From: Octopus vulgaris
Lineage: Eukaryota
Length of the DNA stretch: 64,000 nucleotides
Direction of reading: 5' to 3'
NCBI GenBank assembly: GCA_951406725.2
Contig: OX597817.1
Coordinates: 98,642,001-98,706,000, forward strand
Below the pieces are notes generated by a model, which saw only the letters and a program-made list of their open reading frames with translations, was not told the origin of the DNA and ran no database searches. Within the stretch, counting starts at the first letter, position 1. Every line of letters starts with the position of its first letter. The position numbers were made by a program, and so were the translations under genes. This document shows positions 1 to 13,569 of this stretch, one piece after another.

Positions 1-2230
1 ATTCAATCTACCTTAGGTTTATAAATATTCAACAGACCTGGAAGGATTGAAAAGGTGATGGTAGCAAAAAACTATCAAGTAGCTAGATGCGAAGCCAGAG
101 GAGAAGCAAAAAGGAAGTAGCTTGCCAATGTTCTGCAGCATGAGGACCAGTGGCTTGAGGTGTTGCAGTTTGCAAGACTATGTGTCAGGGAAAATCATGT
201 TGTTGTTGGAGAGAAGTGAATTCACATGGATGATGGTTCACTTGCAGGCAGTGCTCCTGCAAAGAAAGCGGCTTTTAAGTGCCACTATGAAAGGCTACTA
301 AATGTACAAAACACATGGGAGAAGAAGAATATGCCTAATATGGATCCAACAGATGGACCAGCTATTCGAATAGACAGTAGCTTGGTAGATAAACCAATTA
401 AGAATATGAAGACAGGGAAAGCCCCTGGCCCATCAAGAATCATCACTGAGATGCTTAAAATATTTGGTAGAGTGGGATATGGTCTAGTTACCCATATAGT
501 TAAACAGGTAGTCCACAAGGGAGTCATACCTAATGACTGGTGTAGCAGCATTATAGTCAAATGCTACAAAAATAAAGATGATGCCTTAGACAAAAATAAT
601 TACAGAGGTATCAAATTGCTGGACCAGGTAATGAAAGTTACACAGATGGTCAACTAATTAGGTAGAGAATAAATCTAGATGAGATGACAGTTTGGTTTCG
701 TGCTAGAGTGAAGCACTACTGATGGTAAGGCAGCTGCAGGAGAAATATTTAGCTGAAATAAACCTCTGTACTTGGCTTTGTTAACATGGAGAAAGCCTTT
801 GACAGGGTCCCCTCACTCCCTTATGTAGAGGTCAATGTGGAAGGGGTAGATGAGCAGTTAGTGAGAGCTGTACAAGCCATGTACAGGGATGCTGCCAGTA
901 AGGTGAAAGTTGTCAACAAATGTAGCAATGAATTCAGAGTAGAGGTAGGAGTCCACCAGAGATTGGTTCTCAGCCTCCTCTTGTTCATTAGAGCTCTTCA
1001 AGTCATAACAAAGAAATTTAAGTGGGCAACTCTTGAGAGCTCCTGTATGCTGATTATTTTGTTCTTATAGCTGAATTACAACCAGAACTAAACAAGAAAT
1101 TTTAGGTGTGGAAGCAAAGTCTGGAATCAATGAGTCTTAGAGTTAATTTAGCAAAGACCAAAGACCAAAGTGGGAAAACAGATAAATCACAAATCCTTTC
1201 AGGGAGATAGCACTACTCGATATGTAGAACAAATGTAGGTAGAAACTCCATATGGTGTACCTTATGTGCAAGTTATGGGCACATAAGAGATGTAGGAGTA
1301 TAAGATGAAGCGTAACAGAGAAAGTAGTCTTTGTGTGAGGCAGATGTGCAGGTACAATGATTACTAGAAATGTACAGAAAATAGATTTCCTCTAATGCTT
1401 GTTAGGATACATAGAAGTAGTAGATAGCTTCTGTTAAATAGATGACCAAGTCAGCAATGAAGGAGGAAGCTTTAAGAGCATAGCTACTAACATAAGAATG
1501 GGCTGGGCAAAGTTCAGAGAGCTTCTACCTTTCTTCATAACAAAAGGCCTTTCCCTCAGAGTAAAAGGCAGATTGTATGATGCCTGTGTGTGAACAGCTA
1601 TGCTATATGTTATGTTTCAACATGGGCTATGATGGTAGAGGATATGCAAAAGTTTGAAAGAAATGAAGCTACCATGTTCTGCTGGATGTGCAGTGTCAGT
1701 GTGCACGTGCAACTGAGTGTAAGTATCTTGAGAGAAAAATTGGGTATAAAAGGCAGCAGATGTAGTGTGTAAGAGAGAGAAGACTGTGCTGATATGGTCA
1801 TATGATTTGTATGGAGGAGGACAGCTGAGTAAAGAAGTGTCTGTCTCTAATTGTTGAGGGAATATGTTGGAGAGGTAGATCCAGGTAGAAATGAGATGCG
1901 GTGTTGAAATACGAGCCTTGGTTGTTGAGTCATACAGAGGCAATGACAAGTGACTGAGGCTTCTGGTGATTTGCTGTACTTGAGGAGACACATCAAGCTA
2001 AGTGCAATCATTGTTGTGACCAGTGACACATAGAAGGCACCTATGCCAGTCACATGCAAAAGGCACCCAGTACACTCTGTAGAGTGGTTGGTGTTAGGAA
2101 GAGCAACCAGTCATAGAAACGAAGTCAAAACAGGCTGAAGCCTGGTGCAGCTCTGGCTTAGCAGCTCCAGTCAAACCATCTAACCCATGCCAGTATGGAA
2201 AACGGGTGTTAAATGACGATGATGATGATG
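1..2230 (+). mobile_element. Degraded RTE-clade LINE (RT region, 3' UTR, (GAT)n tail)
   Basis: ORF fragments KAPGPS, NYRGIKLL, EKAFDRVP; stops and frameshifts; ends in ttaaatgacgatgatgatg. Confidence 0.9.
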
Positions 2231-2261
2231 AGACAGAAACTCAGTTGAAGTATTTACTAAC

Positions 2262-2715
2262 CTGAATAACAGTGTTTTTAATAACTGTGTCTTGAGTTCC
2301 TGAGTCACTTTCTTCCATTACTGAGGCACATTCATTTAAACTGGACTGAGTTGATGAAGATAATGAGATAATACTAGAATTTGGTGATAAAGAATGCTCT
2401 TCAGATATTGAATTTGTATGTGAAGAACTACTACATTCATTTTCAGCTTCTTTTCCTATTTTTGCAGCTATTTCCTTATTGTGTATTACTTGAACAGGCA
2501 GAGTATCATTGACCATAGTATTCTGTGAATCTATAGAAATACATTCAACATCAGGATGAACAACTTTTGCTCTACCATCTAGTTGGTCCTTTTTAGCAAC
2601 AGATGGATTGCAGTATTGCTTATGTGAATGAGGATGTGCTGAGTAAGATGATGAAGATGGTAAGGAAGATTCTGCTTTAGCTGTTTTATCTGGAGTAGGT
2701 GGTAATGGTCGACGA
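2262..2715 (-). CDS. NEK4: NEK4-like Ser-rich post-kinase exon (RRPLPPTPDK...NTVIQ)
   Basis: Lies within ORF 2241-2870; ttttcAG acceptor gives phase 2, matching the previous exon; CAG/GTtagt donor; 454 nt open. Confidence 0.78.
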
Positions 2716-3579
2716 CTGAAAACAGACAGAATATGATTTTTAATGCAGAATATTAGTAATATGGTGCTTGATAGTAAAGACAAAGCAACAGCAACAAACT
2801 GACTGATAAAACAGTTTAACATTAGCATGTAACAAACTATGCCACACAACCTACCTTGATACAGCTTCAATATATCAATCAGAAGTGAAAAAAAAATCCT
2901 CTACTTCTACTCTAGTGATAACAGGTTAAAGCATGAGTCTTCTCTAAAAAGAACAGAAACTTTACAATGTCAGATTTCAGAATTGGGTTTTCCTCTAAAT
3001 TCAGGCATGTATATGGAACTTCTAGCTTCTTAACCACAAGTATTTTACTCTCCGCCATTATAATTGGTATCACAGTTATAAATATCACTTAGGATCTCAA
3101 AAAGCTGGTTTCACAATGCAAAGATGACAAGAAACAAATTTTCCTATGTACATATAGCACATCAAACTACTATAGGCATTATTCTCAAATGATTTGGTTT
3201 CTATTCCTGATAATTGATATAGATTCAAGTTCTACCAGAAACTCAATGAAATGCCTTCAGAAAATTTGAATTCATGACCCACGAGCAGGTTCTCCAAAAT
3301 AATATTTATTTGGTCATTTTCATTTTATTATTTCAGTGCAGTCACGTTTTTCATTTGTCTAAATCAAGTCAGTTTAAAGGTAAAATGAATGAACAAGCAA
3401 GCATGTATGCAAGAGAGATATAGGATGACATCAATGTAAATGACATTAAATCTGAAGATTAAGCAAGTCAATGAAGCCAATGAATCCCAGAAGACTGTAA
3501 ACATCAACTTTACATACAAATTTACTTGTTTTTTGACAATAAATCAATATGCAAACTTTGTTTGTTTGAGGGTATTTAC

Positions 3580-3737
3580 CTTTTACGAGTTTCTTCCAAG
3601 AACTGGGCAATGTTTTTTTTTACATAACTCATTCGAAGAAGCCTGCTGACAGATGGCCGCCTGCTTGGATCCTGGTGAAGCATATTCTGTATCAACTGAA
3701 CTAATTCACTGCTATATAGTTGTGGCATTGGTGGTAG
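3580..3737 (-). CDS. NEK4: NEK4-like kinase exon (end of kinase domain): LPPMPQLYSSELVQLIQNMLHQDPSRRPSVSRLLRMSYVKKNIAQFLEETRK
   Basis: Manual translation; catAG/GTaaat splice sites; 158 nt, phase 0 to 2; kinase subdomain XI (DPxxRP). Confidence 0.92.
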
Positions 3738-3867
3738 CTATGATAACAATAAATAATTCATAATTTAACAAGAGTTGTTGTAATGTGTGGTGCACGAGAA
3801 TGTTGGTGCACATGGTGCAGTATTTACTTTATTATCTCCCTTTGGTCATGACCAACCAAGAGCTACA

Positions 3868-5050
3868 TCATATCTATAAAAGGCATGATGTGTGTGCGTG
3901 TGTGTGTACGTGATTGTAATTTATGCACATCCACAAATTAGCACGCATGTCGCTCAAATTTTAGGAGGACATTCGTCAACACTCTATCTGGGTTTAGTCA
4001 ACTTATTTTTTTCCTGAGGCACCTGCGGATAGCGTAAAAATCTATTTTCAGCCATAGCGTTTAGCCATAAAAAATATCAGCCATAGCATTTTTGACGGCG
4101 TCTAACAAAAAAAAAATAAGATAAAGAAAAGTGAAAGAAGGAGGCAGAGAGAGAGAGAGAGAAAGTAAGTGCCGATGTTCATAAAAATCTATTTTCAGCC
4201 TTAGCTTTTTTGACAGCGTCTAACAAAAAAAAATAAGATAAAGAAAAGTGGAAGAGGGGCAGAGAGTTTCATGGGAAAGACAAAGTGAGAGAGGGAGAGA
4301 GAGAGAGAGTAAGTGACGACGTTCATAAAAAATAACATGTAAAATGTTTTGTTTTTTGTTTTTGAAAGACACAATATTTTATAATAGTATATATACTTTC
4401 TCACACAACAATTACAATATATTTATTTTAAATCGTTCATCTTTCTTCCCCCCCTCTCTCTCTCTCACACATTACTTTGGATGTGAAAGAGTTTTGTTTT
4501 TATTTTATGCCGAGTAAAAAAGTGTTTTGTTGACAATCCATCTATTTAACAACAAAGAAACAAAAAGGTGAGTAACAATTTGTCAGTGAATTACACAATA
4601 TAAATGGGTACAATTTGCGAGGCTTTCACCACACCCCATTCCGTTTCACGGACCACAAAAATAGTTTTGAGGCCAGAGTAGTTGATTCCACGCAAAAGAA
4701 ACGATTTTCTTTCTTAGTGAAAATCGTGCGAGTGTTAATCTACAAATTTAACATTTTTTCCATTCATTTCTGTTTATGAACATGTATGCATGCACAAAAC
4801 ATGCAATAGGTGTACGTACGTGTGTGTATGTGTGTTCGTGTCTGTTGCCCATATATATTTATATTATATTATATATATATAATATATATATATAATATAT
4901 ATATATATAATATATATATATAATATAACTAATTTCAACAGATTTCGCCCAAATTTGACATCTATATTACTTAGTTTGGTTTGAAATAAAGAACTTGATT
5001 AGCTTAATAATTGTAACTTAATCCCGGGCAAGGCCGGGTTATACTGCTAG
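3868..5050 (+). mobile_element. Non-autonomous Helitron
   Basis: A|TC 5' end; subterminal hairpin cccgg-gcaagg-ccggg (5023-5038); ends CTAG|T; no TSD; internal ~150-bp tandem duplication and microsatellites. Confidence 0.7.
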
Positions 5051-5401
5051 TCCTTGATATAGTGTTAATCTTTTAGAAACAGTGTCATTTATGGCAAAAA
5101 AGAAATGACATTCTCTGTTGCAAAGGTCACGTCAGTATGACTTCATTGGTTTGTTGGTGTTGCTGTGCTCCTTTCTTTGTACCTGCTTTTCTGCCACAAC
5201 ATCCAACATTTTTTCTCACATGTTCAGACAAAAGTTCAGTATACCCCTCTATTTCACTGATAAGATTTAACCTCAAATGTAAATGGAGTCTGCATACTAT
5301 AACATATTTGGTTGATGCATTACTTGTTCCACTGTTCCAATTTACCGCTTTTATGACAAGGATAAATCATTGACTAACTGATGCAAAGGGTGAAAATTGA
5401 A

Positions 5402-5439
<38 letters not shown>

Positions 5440-5523
5440 TTACATGAAGTTAAATATATGACTAGTCATAGAGTGACCAATAGTTTCACATCCATATATG
5501 ATTCACTGATGATCTATCTATCT

Positions 5524-5558
<35 letters not shown>

Positions 5559-5589
5559 CAAAATAAGCAACAAGGATATCCAGAGGTAA

Positions 5590-5647
5590 TGCAGTACGAT
5601 CGTTTCATGTGACTCCATTTAATTGAACAATGCAATCATCAGCTGCA
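5590..5647 (-). ncRNA. Type I hammerhead ribozyme motif (stem II shortened)
   Basis: Minus strand reads TGCAG-CTGATGA-(29 nt)-GAAA-CGATCG-TA-CTGCA: stem I TGCAG/CTGCA, intact core, palindromic stem III, GUA cleavage triplet. Confidence 0.65.
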
Positions 5648-6659
5648 CAAATACATAGAATTTAATTAAATTAGACAGACACATTAGTATAATTTTTACC
5701 TAAAATCTCCAAGAGGATAAGGAGATAGACAAAGAACATGTTTTACCAACAACATCATAGTTGTAACTGAAATTTTTTTCAAGAAGACACTGACTGTTAC
5801 TAATTTTTCTGTTATTTAGTTTTATTACAGGGGGTGGGGGGTCAGTTTTAATTTATAGACCAGTTTATCAAATCTTGGTAGCTTGGGGTAGAGTTGGTGG
5901 AGTAGACAGACATTCTAAATGGTATAGTCATAAAATCAAGATTTATTTGAAGCAATGTCACAAGGTTTAGTAAGAGAATACTTAAAACAAGATGTTAGCT
6001 GATAATTAAGGGAACACCCACTAGCATTGCTAATGGGACAGGGGAAGTCTTATGATGTAGTACTACTATAAAACAATGATGCTATATTGTATACAGATAA
6101 AGTTAAGGGTTATTTAAAAGATTATTAAGAAGAATATTTATGAATACTTTTTAGTATATATCAAACTTCTACCACAATAGAGGGAGGAAAAGAAAATATA
6201 GAAATAGTTTAATATTTATACACTTAAATACTAACTTATCAGATATCTGTGAATATTGATTAAATGATATTTACTGGTATTAATGAAGGAGTATTTAGAT
6301 AAAAGAACATGCTAATTATACATTAAAAATTTTAGTCTAAGCAGATTTCTGTATTATAAGTAGTGAAATATATCAGCATAGCTTTATGAAATAGCTGAGT
6401 ATGAAATTTAAAGAGATACGAGACTTAGAATGATTTTATAAATAAATAAATAAAGGCTAATTTTAAAATAAAATAATATAAAATAATCATGGATAGAACA
6501 TCATAGAAAATTACTAATACTACGGTAAAGTATATTTAGCTTGTTAACACCAATAGAGAAGATTTTTGGAAAAAAGTTTAATAATTCAAAATACTGCACC
6601 CACAATAACTGGTCTGAGCATACTGCACCCATAATAACTGGCAATACAAAAATCATGGG

Positions 6660-9620
6660 AAACTAAACAAGAACAATCAGCCATCCCCTGTATATCATTG
6701 TCATTTGAAATCCAGATACAAACTGTTGTCCTTAAATGCCTGTAGTTTATGCAACAAAGTACATCTTTTTGACTCTTACGTTAAAAGTATCGACCCAGAT
6801 TTCATCACAGTCGCAGAAACATGGGTACATTCTGCACTCTGTGATGGGATTTTCAGCATAGCCGGCTACAACCTGTTCCACAAAGACCGCATCAATCATC
6901 ATGGTGGGAGTGTGATGGTTTACGTTCGTTCAAATCTATCAGCAATTCTTTGTGATGGTTTGAACCAATCTCAACAGTAAGTATTTTTCTGCAATATACA
7001 CATGACCATGTCAACACTTCTACTTAAAGTTGTTTACCGCCCTCCAAATTATCATCAAGACACACAACTTTTTGATATCTTCAGAGCTGCTGCTATGAAA
7101 ACAGCCACTTATGTTTATATTGCGGGTGACTTCAATTTCCCTGAGATTGACTGGGAGGCTTTCCGTTGGCCGCAAAGTGCAGACGATTTCCTTGAACTGG
7201 TGCTAAATTTAAATTGGTCCCAAGTCATTACCTCCCCAACAAGAGGTAACAACACTTTGGATCTGCTATTTACCGCTTCTCCTGAAACAATTATTAGTAT
7301 CACTACTGAAGAACCTTTAGGTGACTCTGATCATACCATGATCATGGCCGACTTGTCTCTGATTGGTTGTAACAAAAACCACAACCATCTTCAAACTGCC
7401 CACTTTGACTGGAATAAAGCAAACTGAAGCTCTTATTGTACCAAGCTGTGACGCCCAAACTGGCTCGAATTTTATGCCTCTGGAGATGTGAACACTATAC
7501 TTGAGAACATTCAGAATTCAATATGGATGGCATGTGCAGCATCAGTACCACGCAAGCACAAAAAACCACCCAATAGTGTAATTTGGGAGACTGCAGCAGT
7601 CCAACTTGCCAGGAAAGAACGCTGTAATGCTGAACAGGAATACAAAATGCACAAATTAGAGATCAACAGGAAAAAGCGCAATAGATCAGCCAATCATCTT
7701 GAGCAGATGACAAAAAAGGCAGTGCTTGAATTTGAACAGCACATAGCAACCAACCCTGACAGCAATGTGTTCTGGAAGTATGTACATTCAAAGTAGAGAC
7801 CTCACTCTCCAGCTGGTTCCCTTCGCATTCCCCACATAGGCCAGATAACTGACAATCCCAAAGAATGTGCAGAAATCATTGCTGGATGCTATGCAGGCAT
7901 CTTTACTGTCAAAGATCAAAATGTTCCATCTCCATCACCTCTGACACCAGACTCTATAACTACTATGAAATTTACACCAGCAATGCTACAATGCCACCTT
8001 AAGAATAAACGTAACTATGCCTCTCCTGATCTCGATGGTGTTACATAACTACTTCTCAAACACGGTGGGTACTTTCTTCTAAACCAACTTTCACTATTCT
8101 TTCAATTCTGTCTTGACAATGGTGTTACTCCAGAGCAGTGGAAAACTGCCAGTGTTATCCCTCTGTTCAAAAAAGGTGACTGCACATCGCCTGTCAATTA
8201 TCGCCCCATTAGTCTTACTAGCTGCATCGCCAAACTGATGGAATTCTGTGTCAGAGAAACTCTCTGGAACTTCTGGAAGTCTCACAGCCTCATCCAGCCA
8301 TCTCAATTTGGATTTATTCCTAACTCCAGCTGCTGTAATCAACTCATCGAGTTTCTTGAGGACATTACTCGAATCCCTGATCACGGATCCTGGGTGGATG
8401 TTGTTTATCTGGACTTTGCTAAGGCTTTTAATTCTGTGCCACACAAAAGACTTATGGTAAAACTCTCTGCAATGGGTGTAAGAGATGATCTCTATAATGG
8501 GTTGAAGTCCTTCATTATTGGCCAAAAAGAGATTGTCACAGTTCTAGGACAGCACTCTTCACTCTATGAGATGACATCTAGTGTACCAAAGGGATCAGTT
8601 CTTGGCCCCCTTCTATTTGTTGCATATATTAATGACATAGATGCCAGCTTAAAAAATGCCACAGTGCTGAAATATGCAGATGACATCAAGCTGTACCTCA
8701 AAATAAAGAGGACAGATCCTGTACACTATAGATCTTTATTGCAATCAGATCTGGACACAATGCAGCAGTGGATCATGGATTTGCAACACAAGCTGGCTGT
8801 GGACAAATGTACCACCATGCATTTTGGGAGGAAAAACCTAGCGTCTACTTACTCCCTCCACAACACTAATCTCAAAAAGTCTTCTTGCGAATGTGACCTG
8901 GGCATTATTATCGACAACGATTTGCGTTGGACAAAACACATTGCTAAAATTGCCAAGAAGGCTGAGGGTGTCTTGGCATCACTCACCAAGTCCTTTGTGA
9001 GCCGCTCTCCGGTTATCTATCCATGGCTTTATATAGCTATGGTGTGACCTCACCTGGAATTTGCATCACCGGTCTGGAACCCCTATCTTGTCCAGGATAT
9101 TAATCGTCTGGAAGCCGTTCAGCGACGTGCAACCAAGAGAATACCCTCCATCAGGCATTTGCCATATTCTGAACGCCTTACTTCCCTGGGCATGGATACA
9201 TTGAAACTCCGACGTCTGGCAGCTGACTTGGCAGACACCCATAAAATTATTAACCATCTTACAAACAATAACTCTGAGCACCTTTTCAAACTCTACCTGT
9301 CTAACACCCGTGGACATATTTACGAAGTCAGAAAACAGCACAGCTCCCATGACTTTCGGAAATATTTTTTCATGCTAAGAGTTGCTGAAGTATGGAACAA
9401 ACTGCCGGCATCAGTTGTTAGTTGTCGGAGCACTGCATCCTTCAAAACTTCCATGCTTCCTGAGATTCACCAACACTACACCTGATTTTCTCCCCTCCAT
9501 ACACACGCAAGCATGTATCAGACTCATACATTGTTCACTTTCCAGACATTTGTACATTACTGCATATGCTTTATATGCACTTTTGACAAGTGGTGCACCT
9601 GAGCACTGTATACAATAATT

Positions 9621-9670
<50 letters not shown>
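6660..9670 (+). mobile_element. CR1-type LINE ORF2 (APE endonuclease + RT) with (ATT)n tail, several stops
   Basis: AETW, YRPP, GDFNFP, DLL, SDH endonuclease motifs; YLDFAKAF, GSVLGPLLF, YADD RT motifs; (TTA)n tail at ~9623-9668. Confidence 0.92.
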
Positions 9671-9671
<1 letters not shown>

Positions 9672-11679
9672 TAGACTAAAATTATATTTACTTGTTAAGA
9701 TAATATTTATAAAAGATATGGTATTGGCTAAAGGAATAATTAAGTTACGGAACAATTCTACTTTCAACTAATCTTTTTGTAAAATTAAGGGTTATATCAT
9801 AGGTTGAAGAAGTTATTATTATTACACCCTACATGATATTTATATTTTCTAATAGGTACTTATTTAGAAAGGTTATTTATATAAAAGTCTTTATAAATAC
9901 TAAGATCAGGAGGGTGTAGCTATTTGAGAAAAAGAAAAATCAAGTAATTTTTAAAAAGATCATCTCAAATAATGTTATCATACTGTATAAGGTTAAAAAA
10001 AAAATTTAGGGTAATCAAGAAGATTATTAAGAATGAGAATTTTAACAAACAGGATACCACTTTTTAAAAAATATATTTTGAGTATATACCAAATTCTTTT
10101 AACCCCAATAGAGGGAGGTAAAAGAAAATTGCAAAGGAATAGATTAATATTTATATACTTATTACTTATCTAAAATATTAATTTATTATAAGGTTTCTGT
10201 GGAGATTTATGAAATGGATTTAACTAATATTTAATAAGGGCAACTGAGGTTAAAGAACATGTCAACCAGTATTAACTTATATAAGCTTTAATCACTAGTA
10301 CCTAGTATTGACTAAAAACATTCATGTTGCATGGTATGCTATTTATGCATTGATTATAAAACTAAAAGGTATATTATAAGATTTAAAAACTTAAGATCAA
10401 TAAAATGTTACTTTCTATAATATTTGAAGGTAAAGACACAAGCTAATCGAAGTTGTATATGTACTTCATCATGATTTTAGTGATTAAGCTATTTTCACAT
10501 CCTTTTCTATGATGTTTCTACTCTACCTAATTGTTTTAATATTCTATAATTACCTTTATAAAAACCTAAATTGTTGTACCCCTATAAAGCCATACTTAGC
10601 TTATAAGAAGCAATACAGGTATCTTCAAAATTTTGAAATTAAAATGCCAAAATTAAACTGCCTAAATTAAGATTTAACTAAACTGTAATATAGTTGTTCT
10701 CTCACCTAAAGGGTAAATCTCCATGATAGCCTAATATTTTAACCTTAAACAAAAAAAATGACATATTGTTCAAAATAGTTTTAGTAATTAAGTTTTTTAT
10801 TCCTTTCTTATAATGTTCCATCCCCTTAATTTTGATATTTATATTTGTTTTAAATAGCCCCTCCAATTAAGTACTCCTAAGAAACTGTAATATTATTTAT
10901 TTATAGATTAACACAAATAACTTACGTAATCTATATTATTCCTCTTAATTTAATATTAGTATATGGTTAACTTGTACTTTTAACAAAAATTATCTTTTCA
11001 ACTAATACCGAGTTTCAGCCCTGATTATAGTAAACTTAATAAGCTAATATTCTAGCTCATAAATTACTATACATTTTCTGTATAAACTTACTATTAGAGT
11101 TAATAAGGTAAGAATATTTTCTTTTTTATTATGGTTTTTAGTGATTAGTCTATTTATTCCTTTTCCAAGATACTCTACCCTAACTGATAATTTTATTATT
11201 GTTGTTATTGTTATTTTTATGGCAACCTTAAATAAATCTAATCCTTGTACCCCTTATATAAGTTAATACTGGTATCTCCACAACCTAAAATTAGTTTCAA
11301 CTTTAATTAAATCAGTATATAGTTGACATGTTCTTTAACCTCAGTTGCCCTTATTAAATATTAGTTAAATCCATTTCATAAATCTCCACTGAAACCTTAT
11401 AATAAATTAATATTTTAGATAAGTAATAAGTATATAAATATTAATCTATTCCTTTGCAATTTTCTTTTACCTAGTCTATAAATTAAAACTGACCCCCCCC
11501 CCATAATAAAACTAAATAACTGAAAAATCAGTAACAGTCAGTGTCTTGAAAAAAATTTCAGTTACAACTATGATGTTGTTGGTGAAACATGTTCTTTGTC
11601 TATCTCCTTATCCTCTTGGAAATTTTAGGTAAAATTATACTTATGTGTCCTTCTAATTTAATCAAATTCTATGTATTTG

Positions 11680-11766
11680 TGCAGCTAAAGATTGCTCTAC
11701 ATTTTAAATCGATGTAATGAAATGATTGTTCAATTAAATGGAGTTGCATGAAACGATCGTACTGCA
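11680..11766 (+). ncRNA. Hammerhead ribozyme motif with mutated core (CTAAAGA) and long stem II
   Basis: TGCAG-CTAAAGA-ttgctctacattt...aaatggagttgcat-GAAA-CGATCG-TA-CTGCA; inverted partner of 5590-5647. Confidence 0.55.
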
Positions 11767-11899
11767 TTACCTCTGGATATCCTTGTTGCTTATTTTGATT
11801 TTAATCACCTCATTTTGAAATTGTATGGATAATACCATACTAAATTTTGGTGCCTCAACTTAAGTACGATATTCATCTGAAACTATATATATATATTAC

Positions 11900-12007
11900 C
11901 TTCCCACTGAGAATCTTGAAAGCTAAAGAATTCATATCTCTTGCATTGAAGGCATGTCGTAATGTAGTCATCTCGTACACACAGCAGCCTAATGCCCAAA
12001 CATCAGA
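11900..12007 (-). CDS. NEK4: NEK4-like kinase exon: SDVWALGCCVYEMTTLRHAFNARDMNSLAFKILSGK
   Basis: Lies inside ORF 11873-12073; ttgcAG/GTaat splice sites; 108 nt, phase 0 to 0; kinase subdomain IX. Confidence 0.93.
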
Positions 12008-12321
12008 CTGCAAAAAAGAAATTACAAATATAAAAATTAAATGGAAGTTAAATAACAGTTTGTCTGTATGCAACTACATGGTTAAAATACATGCATGGAT
12101 ACAAGAATAGGTTTTTAGAATATTTACTAGAATTAATGATCTTCCACAAACAACCTTGCCGAACTTGTGCCTCGGAGGGTAACTTTCTAGGTGCAATCCC
12201 ATGGTCATTCATGACCGAAGGGAGTTTCCTCCTCCTCAGTGAAGCTATATTTAAATTTACACAAGTTCTTTGGATTTACTGCATTGTGCATAAATAGATG
12301 TGGTTTAATTACAGACACTAA

Positions 12322-12516
12322 TATTGGTTTCAGATTTTGGTACAATGCCAGTAATTTCGGAGGAGGGAGTAAGTTGAATACATTGACCCCAGTATTTGAC
12401 TGGTACTTAATTCATCAACTCTAAAAGAATGAATAATGGAATTTAAACTCAAAATGTAAAGACGGATGAAATGCCACTAAGCATTTTTCCCAGCATGCAA
12501 ACAATTCTGCCAGCTA
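12322..12516 (-). mobile_element. tRNA-derived SINE
   Basis: Reverse complement of the SINE copy at 12745-12960; shares the taagtaccagt core. Confidence 0.65.
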
Positions 12517-12744
12517 CTGCCTATTACAGAGACTACTATTACAGTTACTAACATTACTGACATAAACATTACTGGCATTAACATTACTGACGCTAATGTT
12601 AGTGATACAAACATTTAATACTATCATTACTCATCCTAACATTACCACTATGAACCTTACTGACACAAACAATAATACTAAAATTAAAGGCACCAACATG
12701 AGTCAGTATGCTTATATTGATGCTAATATTACTGATGCTAGTAA

Positions 12745-12960
12745 GATGGTAAGCTTGCAGAATCATTAGCATGCTGGGTGAAATGCTTAGCAGCATTTCA
12801 TCTGTCTTCACGTTCTAAGTTCAAATTCCACCAAGGTCAACTTTGCCTTTCATCTTTTCTGGGTTGATGACATAAGTACCAGTTGAGCACCGGGATCAAT
12901 GTAATTGACTTACTCATTGCCCCAAAATTGATAGCCTTGTACCAAAATTTGAAATCAATA
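12745..12960 (+). mobile_element. tRNA-derived SINE
   Basis: B-box-like gttcaaattcc, then the core gtcaactttgcctttcatc...taagtaccagttgagcac; another partial copy at ~19310-19455 (-). Confidence 0.65.
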
Positions 12961-13084
12961 TTACAGACACTAACATTAGTGACACTAATATTATTGGCAA
13001 TAACATTACTCAAAGTAACCATTCTGATAGTAGTATTATAGACACTGACATTACTGACATTAACATTATTGACACTAACATTAC

Positions 13085-13301
13085 CCCTTTAGCATTCAGA
13101 TTACTCTGTCAAAGGTAATGCTTATATATTCACATCATTTTGAATTAATCATTATTGTCCTGGCTTTGAGATTTCAATGATGTGATTATTTATTTTTAGA
13201 ATGACATTGTAAGGTAGGTATGAGAGACCAAATCTAGTTGGTTTGAACACAAAGCAAGTAGAAAATTTGGGAAGGATATGGCCAGGTTAAATGCTAAAGG
13301 G
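13085..13301. mobile_element. piggyBac-like MITE
   Basis: ccctttagcatt...aatgctaaaggg terminal inverted repeats; degenerate TTAA flanks; same family as 18731-18915. Confidence 0.6.
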
Positions 13302-13569
13302 ATAAAGACAAAAATATTATTGATGCTAACATTACATATACTAACATTACAAATATTAGCATAAGTGATACTGACATTAGTGATGTTAACATTTCTGACA
13401 GTTATATTACTAATACTAAAATTATTGATATTAACATGACTGCTTCTAACACTTATACACAATAAAATTACTGAAATTACTGACACTAACATCCCATACA
13501 TAACCAATGCTAACATTTTGGAAAAAAACATTACACATACTAATTTTACTAACAATGAACATCACTGAT

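Larger units (their letters stand above)
5555..11860. mobile_element. AT-rich Penelope-like/retrozyme-like element with ~300-bp inverted termini carrying hammerhead motifs; interrupted by a CR1 LINE
   Basis: 5555-5860 is the reverse complement of ~11472-11803. Internal inverted repeat 10117-10266 vs 11322-11471. The same terminal family occurs at 36711-37630. Confidence 0.6.

Noticed and set aside
2716-2870. N-terminal part of ORF 2241-2870 as a standalone membrane protein
   Set aside because: It is intronic read-through upstream of the acceptor at 2716-2717; only 2262-2715 fits the NEK4 phase.
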